A stretch of 32,000 nt of DNA from Sinorhizobium meliloti (lineage in GTDB: Bacteria > Pseudomonadota > Alphaproteobacteria > Rhizobiales > Rhizobiaceae). A program made the translations under genes and the position numbers. Where the stretch lies: the NCBI RefSeq assembly GCF_017876815.1, contig NZ_JAGIOS010000003.1:330001-362000 (forward strand). The letters are read 5' to 3'. The first letter of the stretch is position 1; every line of letters starts with the position of its first letter. Shown here in pieces: positions 24,471 through 32,000 of the stretch. The notes below the pieces were generated by a model. That model was not told the DNA's origin, made no database searches, and saw only the letters and a program-made list of their open reading frames with translations.

Positions 24471-25222
24471 GCGCTCTCGTCAGCCCGGCCGCACCGCAGC
24501 AAAGGCGCCGGATCGAGACCGCGCCTTTGATCGTGCTCATCGTGCTGGCCGGAACCGTCGCCTGGCTGTGGTGGAGCGGCATGGCAGAGGAAATCCTCGC
24601 CTATTCCGACGACATCTCCTATCTCACCGTGCAGCATCTGGAACTGGTCGCCTGGGCGGGAGGGCTTGCCATCCTTGTGGCCGTACCGGTCGGCATCGTG
24701 CTTTCGCGGCCCGCCTTCCGCCTCGTTTCGGAGGCGGTGATGCAAGTCTTCAATATCGGCAGCACCGTGCCGACGCTTGCGATTCTGGCGCTTTCTATGA
24801 CGCTGCTCGGGATCGGTACGGTGCCCGCGGTCTTCGGTCTCTGGGCGGCCACCCTCCTTCCGATCGTGCGCAACACCTATGCCGGCCTGCGCGCCGTGCC
24901 GCCGCACCTCGTGGAGGCCGCAACCGGCATGGGCATGACGCCGCGGCAGGTTCTGTGGCGGGTCGAACTTCCAAACGCCCTCTTCGTGATCTTCGGCGGC
25001 ATCCGCACGGCGCTCGCGATCTGCGTCGGCTCCGCGCCTCTGGTCTTTCTGATCGGCGCGGGCGGGCTTGGCGAACTGATCTTCACCGGGATCTCGCTGG
25101 ACGAACTCCCGATGATGATGGCCGGGGCCATTCCCACGGCAATGCTCGCGGTCCTGGTCGATTTCATCGTCGGCCAGATTCAGTACTACCTCGTTCCACG
25201 GGGCATCAATCCGCTGCGATAA
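24467..25222 (+). CDS. ABC transporter permease, OpuCD/OpuBD type
   Basis: Second polytopic permease with the EAA-like region (LVEAATGMGMTPRQVLWRVELPNALFVIFGGIRT). ATGA overlap with the ATPase gene. Confidence 0.88.
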   Translation: MSALVSPAAPQQRRRIETAPLIVLIVLAGTVAWLWWSGMAEEILAYSDDISYLTVQHLELVAWAGGLAILVAVPVGIVLSRPAFRLVSEAVMQVFNIGSTVPTLAILALSMTLLGIGTVPAVFGLWAATLLPIVRNTYAGLRAVPPHLVEAATGMGMTPRQVLWRVELPNALFVIFGGIRTALAICVGSAPLVFLIGAGGLGELIFTGISLDELPMMMAGAIPTAMLAVLVDFIVGQIQYYLVPRGINPLR

Positions 25223-25245
25223 CAAAATGAGAGAGAGGAACTGAA

Positions 25246-26136
25246 ATGAACTTCGCACCGAAACTTGCCAAGACCCTTCTGTCGGCGGCGGCCATCGCGC
25301 TCGTAACGACGACCGCCTGGGCCGCCACCATTACCGTCGGCGGGAAAAACTTCACCGAGCAGCTGATCATCGCAGAGATTACCAAGCAGCTCCTCGAGAG
25401 CAAGGGCCACACCGTCGACAAGAAAGACGGCATGGGCACGAAGATCGTCCGCGCCGCACTGGAGAATGGCGAGGTCGATCTCTACTGGGAATACACGGGG
25501 ACGTCGCTCATCACCTTCAACAAGGTGACGGAACGGCTTTCGCCGGAGGAGACCTACAACCGCGTCAAGGAACTGGACGGCGAAAAAGGCCTCGTCTGGC
25601 TCGCACCGTCCGCAGCGAACAATACTTACGCCTATGTCGTCAAGCCGGGTAACGCCAAGACGGAAGGCATGGAGACGATCTCCGACCTCGCCAAGGCATA
25701 TAACGACGGCAAGGATATACTCATGGGCACGACGGCCGAATTTCCGAAGCGGCCGGACGGCCTGATCGGCCTGGAGAAGGTCTACGGCTTCGAGACAGGG
25801 CGCGCCAATGTGCGGCCGATGGACCTTGGTCTTGCCTACAATGCGCTGGCCAACGGCGATCTCGACACCATCGCCGCGCAGGCGACCGACGGCCAGATCG
25901 CGGCACTCGGCTTGAAGACGCTGAAGGACGACAAGGGCTTCTTTCCCAACTATGCGCTGACCCCCGTCGTGCGCAAGGAAGTGCTCGACGCGAATCCGGA
26001 CCTCAAGGAAACGCTCGAAACGGTCTCGAAGAAGCTCGATGACGCCACGATGCAGCGTTTGAACAGCCAGGTCGATGTGGAGAAGAAGACCATCGAAACG
26101 GTCGCCGCCAACTATCTGAAGTCGCTCGGCATGTAA
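25246..26136 (+). CDS. Glycine betaine/quaternary-amine ABC substrate-binding protein (OpuCC/OpuBC-like), Sec signal
   Basis: Signal peptide ...LVTTTAWA|A. TVGGKNFTEQLIIAEI, DLYWEYTGT and a C-terminal LN..VD region, typical of the OpuAC-fold family. Confidence 0.85.
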   Translation: MNFAPKLAKTLLSAAAIALVTTTAWAATITVGGKNFTEQLIIAEITKQLLESKGHTVDKKDGMGTKIVRAALENGEVDLYWEYTGTSLITFNKVTERLSPEETYNRVKELDGEKGLVWLAPSAANNTYAYVVKPGNAKTEGMETISDLAKAYNDGKDILMGTTAEFPKRPDGLIGLEKVYGFETGRANVRPMDLGLAYNALANGDLDTIAAQATDGQIAALGLKTLKDDKGFFPNYALTPVVRKEVLDANPDLKETLETVSKKLDDATMQRLNSQVDVEKKTIETVAANYLKSLGM

Positions 26137-26167
26137 AACGCGCCGCATTTATCGACGAACGTCTCGT

Positions 26168-26194
26168 CCCGCCTGCAGGTTTCCTGCCGGCGGG
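26168..26194 (+). terminator. Intergenic GC-rich hairpin after the SBP gene (possible attenuator or terminator)
   Basis: CCCGCCTGCAGG-TTT-CCTGCCGGCGGG. 12 positions with 1 mismatch and a tight loop. No U-tract, so read-through into the enolase gene is plausible. Confidence 0.35.
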
Positions 26195-26271
26195 CGGGAA
26201 GGATGCGTGCCGGAGAACCCGGCGCAGATATACCGGATCGGCCGTGCCGGCCGTCTTTTCGAGGAACGAGA

Positions 26272-27396
26272 ATGGTCAAAATATCAAACGTCCGCGTCCG
26301 CCCGCTGGTTCTGCCGCTCAAGCAGCCCTACCACTGGTCCTACGGCATCCGCGAATCTTTTGCGGTCAACCTTATCGAGATCGAGGCGGATGACGGCACG
26401 GTCGGCATCGGCGAATGCACGGTCGCGCCGGACCAGACCGGTACGGCGGCGATCCTTTATCGCCTCGCCAAACATCTCGTCGGCCATTCGCCTCACGACG
26501 TGGCACCGCTCATCGCTCGCATCTTCCACCAGGAATATCTCGGGCATGGCGCCAATATCATGCGGGCGGCCAACCAGATATTTTCTGGCATCGACATGGC
26601 CATGTGGGATCTTCAAGGCAAGCTCGCCGGCCTGCCGGTTCACCAGCTGCTTGGGGGCGCTCACCGGAAGGCGGTCGGCTACTTCTATTTCCTGCAGGGC
26701 GAAACCGCCGAGGAGCTTGCGCGCGATGCCGCCGTCGGCCACGCCCAGGGCGAGCGGGTCTTCTATCTCAAGGTCGGCCGCGGAGAGAAACTCGACCTCG
26801 AGATCACCGCGGCGGTTCGCGGCGAGATCGGCGACGCGCGGCTTCGCCTCGATGCGAACGAAGGCTGGAGCGTCCATGACGCGATCAACATGTGCCGCAA
26901 GCTCGAAAAATACGACATCGAATTCATCGAGCAGCCGACCGTCAGCTGGAGCATTCCGGCCATGGCGCATGTGCGCGAGAAAGTCGGTATTCCGATCGTT
27001 GCGGATCAGGCTGCCTTCACGCTCTACGACGTCTACGAGATATGCCGCCAGCGTGCTGCGGACATGATCTGCATCGGCCCGCGCGAGATCGGCGGCATAC
27101 AGCCGATGATGAAGGCGGCAGCCGTGGCGGAGGCCGCCGGACTGAAGATCTGCATCCACTCTTCCTTCACCACGGGCATCACCACCTGCGCTGAGCACCA
27201 TATCGGGCTTGCCATTCCCAATCTCGACGACGGAAACCAGATCATGTGGCAGCTCGTCCAGGAGGACATCGTCTCCTCGCCCGATCTCGCGCCCAAAAAC
27301 GGCTGGCTCGATGCCTTCAGGAAGCCGGGACTTGGTTTCCAGCTCGCCGAAGACCTGGTCGCCGAAGGCGAAGGACGCTACGCGGCAAGCCGATGA
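26272..27396 (+). CDS. Enolase-superfamily protein (mandelate racemase/muconate lactonizing enzyme family), atypical catalytic residues
   Basis: Barrel motifs FYLKVGRG, RLDANEGW, IEQP, IVADQ and ICIHSS. ATG at 26272 follows GAGGAACGAG. The 23-aa upstream extension in the track ORF is not typical. Confidence 0.8.
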   Translation: MVKISNVRVRPLVLPLKQPYHWSYGIRESFAVNLIEIEADDGTVGIGECTVAPDQTGTAAILYRLAKHLVGHSPHDVAPLIARIFHQEYLGHGANIMRAANQIFSGIDMAMWDLQGKLAGLPVHQLLGGAHRKAVGYFYFLQGETAEELARDAAVGHAQGERVFYLKVGRGEKLDLEITAAVRGEIGDARLRLDANEGWSVHDAINMCRKLEKYDIEFIEQPTVSWSIPAMAHVREKVGIPIVADQAAFTLYDVYEICRQRAADMICIGPREIGGIQPMMKAAAVAEAAGLKICIHSSFTTGITTCAEHHIGLAIPNLDDGNQIMWQLVQEDIVSSPDLAPKNGWLDAFRKPGLGFQLAEDLVAEGEGRYAASR

Positions 27397-28397
27397 CGCC
27401 GGTCGAGACCTCCTGGGAAGAGATCGAGGCGGTTTGCCTCGAGGCGCTGACGCTCCATGGTGCGGCAGCCGAAAACGCACGCGCCGTGGCGGGCGCGATC
27501 GCCACGGCTGAGGCCGATGGCAATCGCGTCTGCGGCCTTTACTACCTGCCGATCTTCTGCAGGCACCTGGCGATCGGAAAGGTCGATGGAGAAGCCGTTC
27601 CCGCGGTGACGACGCGCGGTGTGACGGTTACGGTCGACGCAAGATCCGGCTTCGCACATCCCGCCATAGCCGCCGGCACGCCGGCCCTGATCGACCTTGC
27701 ACGCCAGGCGGGCCTCGCGGCAATGGCGGTGCGCAACTCCTATAATTGCCTCGCGCTCGGTCATCACGTCCGGCCCCTTGCCGACGCCTGCCTTATCGGC
27801 ATCTGCGTTTCGAATGCGCCTGCCTCTGTCGCGCCGCCCGGTGCGACGCGGGCGCTCTTCGGCACGAACCCGCTTGCCTTCGCCGTACCTTCGAAAGAAG
27901 GGGCTCCGACAATCATGGTCGATCAGAGCATGAGTGCTGTCACCAAGACGGAGATGATCCTGCGCCGCGATCGAGGCGAGGCAATCCCGATCGGCTGGGC
28001 GCAGGACGGGAACGGACAGCCGACGACCGACGCGGCCACCGGGCTGGAAGGCTCTCTGCTGCCCGCCGGCGGTCGCAAGGGCGCCAATATCGCCCTTCTC
28101 GTGGAAGTCCTTGCTGCGGCCCTGACGGGTTCGGCCCTCAGCACGGAGGCGAGCGCCTTTGGAAACGAGGAGGGTGGGCCGCCGCATGTCGGCCAGTTCC
28201 TGATCGCGATCGACCCTGATCACTTCGCCGCCGGTCACTTCTCCGAAGCGATGGATAATCTGGTCGCCTCCCATGGCGCCGCCGGGGTAAGGCTTCCCGG
28301 CCACTTTGGACGAAAGCAGCCCGTTTGCGTCGATGCTGATCTTTGGAAGAGGGCCGTTTTGCTTTCGCAATCGAAGGTCGGTCAGAAGCCTGGATAA
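27393..28397 (+). CDS. Ldh2-family (malate/L-lactate dehydrogenase type 2, DpkA/ComC/AllD-like) protein, atypical active site
   Basis: Conserved family blocks GTNPLAFAVP, LPAGGRKGANIALLVEVL and GQFLIAIDP. ATG 27393 overlaps the enolase-gene stop (ATGA). The track ORF start 27246 lies inside the upstream gene. Confidence 0.8.
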   Translation: MTPVETSWEEIEAVCLEALTLHGAAAENARAVAGAIATAEADGNRVCGLYYLPIFCRHLAIGKVDGEAVPAVTTRGVTVTVDARSGFAHPAIAAGTPALIDLARQAGLAAMAVRNSYNCLALGHHVRPLADACLIGICVSNAPASVAPPGATRALFGTNPLAFAVPSKEGAPTIMVDQSMSAVTKTEMILRRDRGEAIPIGWAQDGNGQPTTDAATGLEGSLLPAGGRKGANIALLVEVLAAALTGSALSTEASAFGNEEGGPPHVGQFLIAIDPDHFAAGHFSEAMDNLVASHGAAGVRLPGHFGRKQPVCVDADLWKRAVLLSQSKVGQKPG

Positions 28398-28440
28398 AAG
28401 TGAAAAGTCAGCTCATCATCGATTGGCGGTCGTGTCGGTC

Positions 28441-28469
28441 TTGCGAAACTGCATGCACTGCCATATATT
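28441..28469 (+). promoter_or_regulatory. Sigma-70-like promoter of the toxin-antitoxin operon: TTGCGA-17 nt-TATATT
   Basis: Read directly: -35 TTGCGA (28441-28446), a 17-nt spacer, and -10 TATATT (28464-28469). An inverted repeat ATATTT-N8-AAATAT (28465-28484) overlaps the -10 and is a plausible antitoxin operator. Confidence 0.5.
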
Positions 28470-28504
28470 TTGCACAGGAAATATGTTCTTGGATATGACG
28501 CAAT

Positions 28505-28894
28505 ATGGCTCAGGCTCAAAAGATCCAAAGCGATAGCGGACCGCTGATACTTTCCTACATGGACAAGGGCGGAAAGATCGCGATTCAGCAGGTCGCGGAC
28601 GGCTTCGGCATGTCGAAAACGCAACTTGCCGAAACGGCCGGGCTTGCGCGTGAAACGCTCTACCGGCCGGAGCGCAGCCGGGGGACGAAGACGCAGAACC
28701 GTCTCCGCGAAATGCTCGAGATCATCAGCCGGGTCACCGACTGGGCGGGCGGCAAGGAGCAGGCAATGGCGTGGTATCGCGCCCAGCCCCTCCCGGCATT
28801 CGGCGGGCGAACGGCCGAAGCTCTGGTGAAGGACGGCAAGGCGGCGGCCGTGCGCGATTATCTCGATCACATGGCCCTCGGGGGCTTTGCTTGA
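28505..28894 (+). CDS. Xre-like antitoxin with a DUF2384 (MbcA/ParS-type) toxin-binding domain
   Basis: 129 aa. HTH-like segment (IQQVADGFGMSKTQLAETAGLARETLYR). C-terminal ...AMAWYRAQPLPAFGGRTAEALVKDGKAAAVRDYLDHMALGGF is typical of DUF2384 antitoxins paired with RES toxins. Confidence 0.85.
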   Translation: MAQAQKIQSDSGPLILSYMDKGGKIAIQQVADGFGMSKTQLAETAGLARETLYRPERSRGTKTQNRLREMLEIISRVTDWAGGKEQAMAWYRAQPLPAFGGRTAEALVKDGKAAAVRDYLDHMALGGFA

Positions 28895-29409
28895 GGTTCA
28901 AGGGAACCTGCTATCGCGCGCATGACCCTCGCTGGGCTTTCAAACCTGCATCCGGCGATGGCGCGGCAATAAAGGGCGCGCGCTTCAATCCGAAGGGTGT
29001 GAAGACGCTTTACCTTGCACTCAGCATCATGACAGCGGTCAAGGAGGCCAATCAGGGCTTCGCTCATCGTATCGATCCTTGCGTTCTTTGCTCCTACGAC
29101 ATCGATTGCGCTGACATCGCTGATCTCACGGCGGAGAGGGGGAGAGCGGAACACGGGGTATCGCTGGAGGAGATGGCCTGCAGCTGGGCGGGCGCGTTTG
29201 CCGAGGGGAGGCGTCCGGCTTCCTGGGCCATTTACAACCGCCTCCATCCGCGCGGGACCGCCGGCATTCTGGTTCCGAGTTTCGCACCGGGGACCGAAGC
29301 GGGAGACCGGAATCTCGTCCTTTGGACGTGGGGACCGGATCTGCCGCATCGCCTCGACGTGTATGATCCAAGTGGTCGGCTTCCTAAGGATCAGCTCTCC
29401 TGGGGTTGA
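28891..29409 (+). CDS. RES-domain toxin (MbcT/ParT-type NAD+-targeting enzyme family)
   Basis: CYRAHDPRW..., GARFNPKG (Arg), VKEANQG (Glu) and ILVPSFA (Ser) give an R-E-S pattern. A TTG start at 28891 overlapping the antitoxin stop (TTGA) is the only sensible start. The track ORF start 28771 lies inside the antitoxin gene. Confidence 0.8.
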   Translation: MRFKGTCYRAHDPRWAFKPASGDGAAIKGARFNPKGVKTLYLALSIMTAVKEANQGFAHRIDPCVLCSYDIDCADIADLTAERGRAEHGVSLEEMACSWAGAFAEGRRPASWAIYNRLHPRGTAGILVPSFAPGTEAGDRNLVLWTWGPDLPHRLDVYDPSGRLPKDQLSWG

Positions 29410-30434
29410 GTGCGTTTCCGTGGTGAACTGCTTTCCGCGAAATCCGTCTGCGTGGCATTACGCCGGAATTGCGCCGGGGACTTTCCGGTCCATTTCCGGA
29501 ATGCGCGGTGAAAGGCGCTCGGCTCGGAAAAGCCGAGCTCGACGGCAAGCAGGGCCACATTCGTCCGGCCGTCAGCCAGGGCTTCCATCGCAAGCGCCCG
29601 GCGCAGGTCCTCCTTGATCGATCGATAGGTCTGGCCCTCCTGCCTCAATCTCCGCCGAAGGGTCGGCGCTGCAATCCGCATGCGCGCGGCAATCGGCTCG
29701 AAACCCGGCCAAGCGGATGGAGCCGTAGCATGGAGCCGCTGGCGTATTGCCGCGGACAATCCCGCGTCGTGGCGATATCGCACGAGAATATTTGCAGGCG
29801 CATGCCGGAGGAAGTGCTTCAGCGCCCGCTCGTCACGGATGGGCGGCAGTTTGAGGTACTCGGCATCGAAGACAAGCCGCGTCCGGGGCTGATCGAAGTG
29901 GACGGGCGCGCCGAAGAAGAGCCGATAATCGGTTCCGGCGGGTGGCGCACTGCAGCGGAAGTCGACCCAGCGGATCGGAAGCCGGCGCCCGATCAGCCAG
30001 CAATTGACGCCATGCAGGATGATCCAGAAGGTACGGTAGGCGAAGGCGGAGCGCGTCGCCCCGGCGTCCTTCAGGACAATCTGTGCCAGACCGTTTTCGA
30101 CGACCAGCTCGCCGTGCGGATTCTCGAGGACCACCCTTAGGAAGCGCAGTGCTCGCCGCAGTGCATGTTCGAGCGTCGCGGTGGAAAGAATGGCGTGGCA
30201 GAGCAATGCGAAGCTGCCGGCGCGCATCGGCCGTGCGCCCTCGCCGAAAAACTCGTCATCCATCGCCTGCGCCACCGCATGCCAAAAGGCGCCGTATTGA
30301 TCGGCCGAAACGGGCCCGGTGACGATGGATGGCAGGCCGGCTTGTGCAAGGAGGGGTCCGGCATCCACTCCATGGCGCCGGAGGCATTCGAGCGTGTCGT
30401 CCATGAAACATGGGGCGATCATCCGGCGTTCCAT
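29391..30434 (-). CDS. AraC-family transcriptional regulator (N-terminal AraC-binding-like domain)
   Basis: C-terminal double HTH (IAARMRIAAPTLRRRLRQEGQTYRSIKEDLR...ELGFSEPSAFHRAFRKWTGKSPAQFRR). The 3' end overlaps the RES gene 3' end by 19 nt (convergent). Confidence 0.88.
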   Translation of the reverse strand: MERRMIAPCFMDDTLECLRRHGVDAGPLLAQAGLPSIVTGPVSADQYGAFWHAVAQAMDDEFFGEGARPMRAGSFALLCHAILSTATLEHALRRALRFLRVVLENPHGELVVENGLAQIVLKDAGATRSAFAYRTFWIILHGVNCWLIGRRLPIRWVDFRCSAPPAGTDYRLFFGAPVHFDQPRTRLVFDAEYLKLPPIRDERALKHFLRHAPANILVRYRHDAGLSAAIRQRLHATAPSAWPGFEPIAARMRIAAPTLRRRLRQEGQTYRSIKEDLRRALAMEALADGRTNVALLAVELGFSEPSAFHRAFRKWTGKSPAQFRRNATQTDFAESSSPRKRTQPQES

Positions 30435-30554
30435 GAGCGACGATCCTTCTCATTGAACATTGCAAAAGCGATCACATAAGCTGAGCCATTCGGTCATTGC
30501 ATACCATATTTTTCCTCTGCATCATCCGATTGGAAACAGTTGGAGCTGGAGCCT

Positions 30555-31322
30555 ATGCAACTCAAGAGCCGCGTCTTTATCGTTACGGGGGCCAGTTCCG
30601 GGCTCGGCGCGGCTGTGACGCGCATGCTGGCTCAGGAGGGCGCGACAGTGCTGGGGCTGGACCTGAAGCCGCCAGCGGGGGAAGAGCCTGCCGCCGAGCT
30701 CGGCGCGGCGGTGCGCTTCCGAAATGCCGACGTGACGAATGAGGCCGACGCCACCGCCGCTCTGGCATTTGCGAAACAGGAATTCGGGCACGTCCACGGA
30801 TTGGTGAATTGTGCCGGCACTGCGCCCGGCGAGAAGATTCTCGGCAGGAGCGGCCCGCACGCACTGGATAGTTTCGCCCGCACGGTCGCCGTCAACCTGA
30901 TCGGGACATTCAACATGATACGGCTTGCCGCCGAGGTCATGTCGCAGGGAGAGCCGGACGCCGACGGCGAGCGGGGGGTGATCGTCAATACCGCCTCTAT
31001 CGCCGCTTTCGACGGGCAAATCGGCCAGGCCGCCTACGCTGCGTCGAAGGGCGGCGTCGCAGCCCTAACGCTTCCGGCCGCGCGCGAGCTCGCGCGTTTC
31101 GGAATTCGCGTCGTCACCATTGCGCCTGGCATCTTCGATACGCCGATGATGGCCGGCATGCCTCAGGATGTTCAGGATGCGCTCGCGGCAAGCGTGCCCT
31201 TTCCCCCGCGCCTTGGTCGGGCGGAGGAGTATGCCGCCCTCGTGAAGCATATTTGCGAGAATACGATGCTCAATGGCGAGGTCATCCGCCTCGACGGGGC
31301 TTTGCGCATGGCGCCCCGGTAA
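30555..31322 (+). CDS. Short-chain dehydrogenase, type II 3-hydroxyacyl-CoA (3-hydroxy-2-methylbutyryl-CoA) dehydrogenase-like
   Basis: TGASSGLG cofactor motif, NTASIAAF and YAASKGG (Y-x3-K). ATG 30555 follows GGAGC. The track ORF begins at an upstream TTG (30540). Confidence 0.85.
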   Translation: MQLKSRVFIVTGASSGLGAAVTRMLAQEGATVLGLDLKPPAGEEPAAELGAAVRFRNADVTNEADATAALAFAKQEFGHVHGLVNCAGTAPGEKILGRSGPHALDSFARTVAVNLIGTFNMIRLAAEVMSQGEPDADGERGVIVNTASIAAFDGQIGQAAYAASKGGVAALTLPAARELARFGIRVVTIAPGIFDTPMMAGMPQDVQDALAASVPFPPRLGRAEEYAALVKHICENTMLNGEVIRLDGALRMAPR

Positions 31323-31346
31323 GCATGGCCATGCAGGGAGGTTCGA

Positions 31347-32000
31347 ATGAACAAGCAGGATCCTGTGGTCATCGTCGGGCAGGCACGAACCCCGCTTGGC
31401 AGTTTCCAAGGTGAGTTGAAGGACCTTTCCGCCGCCGACCTCGGCGCGGCCGCGATTGTCGATGCTCTGAAGCGCGCCGGACTTGCGCCGGATGCGGTCG
31501 ATGAGGTGATGTTCGGTTGTGTCCTGACCGCGGGACAGGGACAGGCGCCAGCCCGTCAGGCGGCGCTCGGTGCGGGTCTTCCGCCCGGCGTCGGCGCGAC
31601 CACCGTGAACAAGATGTGTGGTTCGGGCATGAAGGCGGCGATGCTGGCGCATGACCTGATCAAGGCGAAATCGGCCTCGATCGTGGTTGCGGGCGGCATG
31701 GAAAGCATGACCAATGCCCCCTATCTGCTCGACCGCGCGCGGCAGGGCTATCGCATCGGGCACCAGAAGGTTCTGGACCACATGTTCCTCGATGGGCTGG
31801 AGGATGCCTATGACAAGGGGCGCCTGATGGGCACCTTTGCCGAGGATTGCGCGGAAGCCTATCAATTCACCCGCAGTGCCCAGGATGAGTATGCCATTGC
31901 GTCCCTGGAGAAGGCGCAGAAGGCAAGCGCCGACGGCAGCTTTGCGGAGGAGATCGTCCCCTTGAGCATCGCCTCGGGCAAGGGGGAACGGACCGTCAAC
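31347..32000 (+). CDS. Acetyl-CoA C-acetyltransferase (thiolase II), 5' partial, continues beyond the window
   Basis: Not in the ORF track because it is open at the window end. My translation from ATG 31347 (AGGGAG SD at 31335-31340) gives MNKQDPVVIVGQARTPLGSFQGEL...TTVNKMCGSGMKAAMLAHD...VAGGMESMTNAPY, which includes the thiolase nucleophile Cys motif. The frame is open to nt 32000. Confidence 0.88.
   Translation, partial: MNKQDPVVIVGQARTPLGSFQGELKDLSAADLGAAAIVDALKRAGLAPDAVDEVMFGCVLTAGQGQAPARQAALGAGLPPGVGATTVNKMCGSGMKAAMLAHDLIKAKSASIVVAGGMESMTNAPYLLDRARQGYRIGHQKVLDHMFLDGLEDAYDKGRLMGTFAEDCAEAYQFTRSAQDEYAIASLEKAQKASADGSFAEEIVPLSIASGKGERTVN

Noticed and set aside
25186-28370. Minus-strand ORFs 25186-26148, 26284-27480 and 27378-28370 (320-398 aa)
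   Set aside because: Each mirrors a plus-strand gene (SBP, enolase-superfamily, Ldh2) that has family motifs and translational coupling. Their translations are Arg/Asp/Gly-rich without domains.
28382-28870. 162-aa minus-strand ORF opposite the antitoxin gene
   Set aside because: The plus-strand ORF has the DUF2384/Xre features, a near-consensus promoter and 4-nt coupling to the RES gene. The minus-strand ORF has none of these.
1-32000. CRISPR arrays, IS elements or transposases, integrases, tRNA or rRNA genes, phage or defence-island genes other than the TA pair
   Set aside because: I saw no spaced direct-repeat arrays, no transposase- or integrase-like ORFs and no cloverleaf-sized structured intergenic segments. 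The intergenic regions are short and are accounted for by promoters and hairpins. A tRNAscan/ISfinder run would be needed for formal exclusion.

Overview
High-GC, densely coded region that looks like a rhizobial or other alphaproteobacterial accessory catabolic island. The taxon is inferred from protein resemblance only. By eye I found no rRNA, tRNA, CRISPR array, transposase or integrase. About 30 genes fall into modules. (1) 62-1980: a GntR regulator plus a BMP-family ABC substrate-binding protein on the minus strand. (2) 2212-6472: the most unusual feature. One operon encodes two paralogous Rieske-LESS oxygenase catalytic subunits, a Rieske + reductase fusion protein, and a glutathione S-transferase. 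This architecture matches, as far as I know, only the GST-dependent NdmCDE N-demethylase of Pseudomonas putida CBB5. (3) 6673-7785: a class V aminotransferase. (4) 7786-8743: a low-GC gap with an orphan small ORF and probable gene debris. (5) 8744-12896: a LysR regulator plus a three-subunit molybdenum hydroxylase (2Fe-2S subunit, Tat-exported Moco subunit, cytochrome c). (6) 13125-14105: a frameshifted MFS transporter remnant followed by a small cyclophilin-like protein. The ORF track fuses these into one ORF. (7) 14166-28397: a methylated-amine/betaine-type catabolic cluster. It holds a DMGDH-like flavoenzyme, a LysR regulator, a non-pyrrolysine MttB-family methyltransferase with no corrinoid partner in the window, a GbdR/GlxA-type regulator, a DddP-like M24 hydrolase, an isochorismatase-family hydrolase, an OpuC-type betaine ABC importer, and an atypical enolase-superfamily/Ldh2 gene pair. 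(8) 28505-29409: an Xre(DUF2384)/RES type II toxin-antitoxin pair. (9) 29391-32000: an AraC regulator, a type II 3-hydroxyacyl-CoA dehydrogenase and a partial thiolase. Many long ORFs antisense to these genes are high-GC artefacts. All family calls come from by-eye motif recognition. No searches were run.
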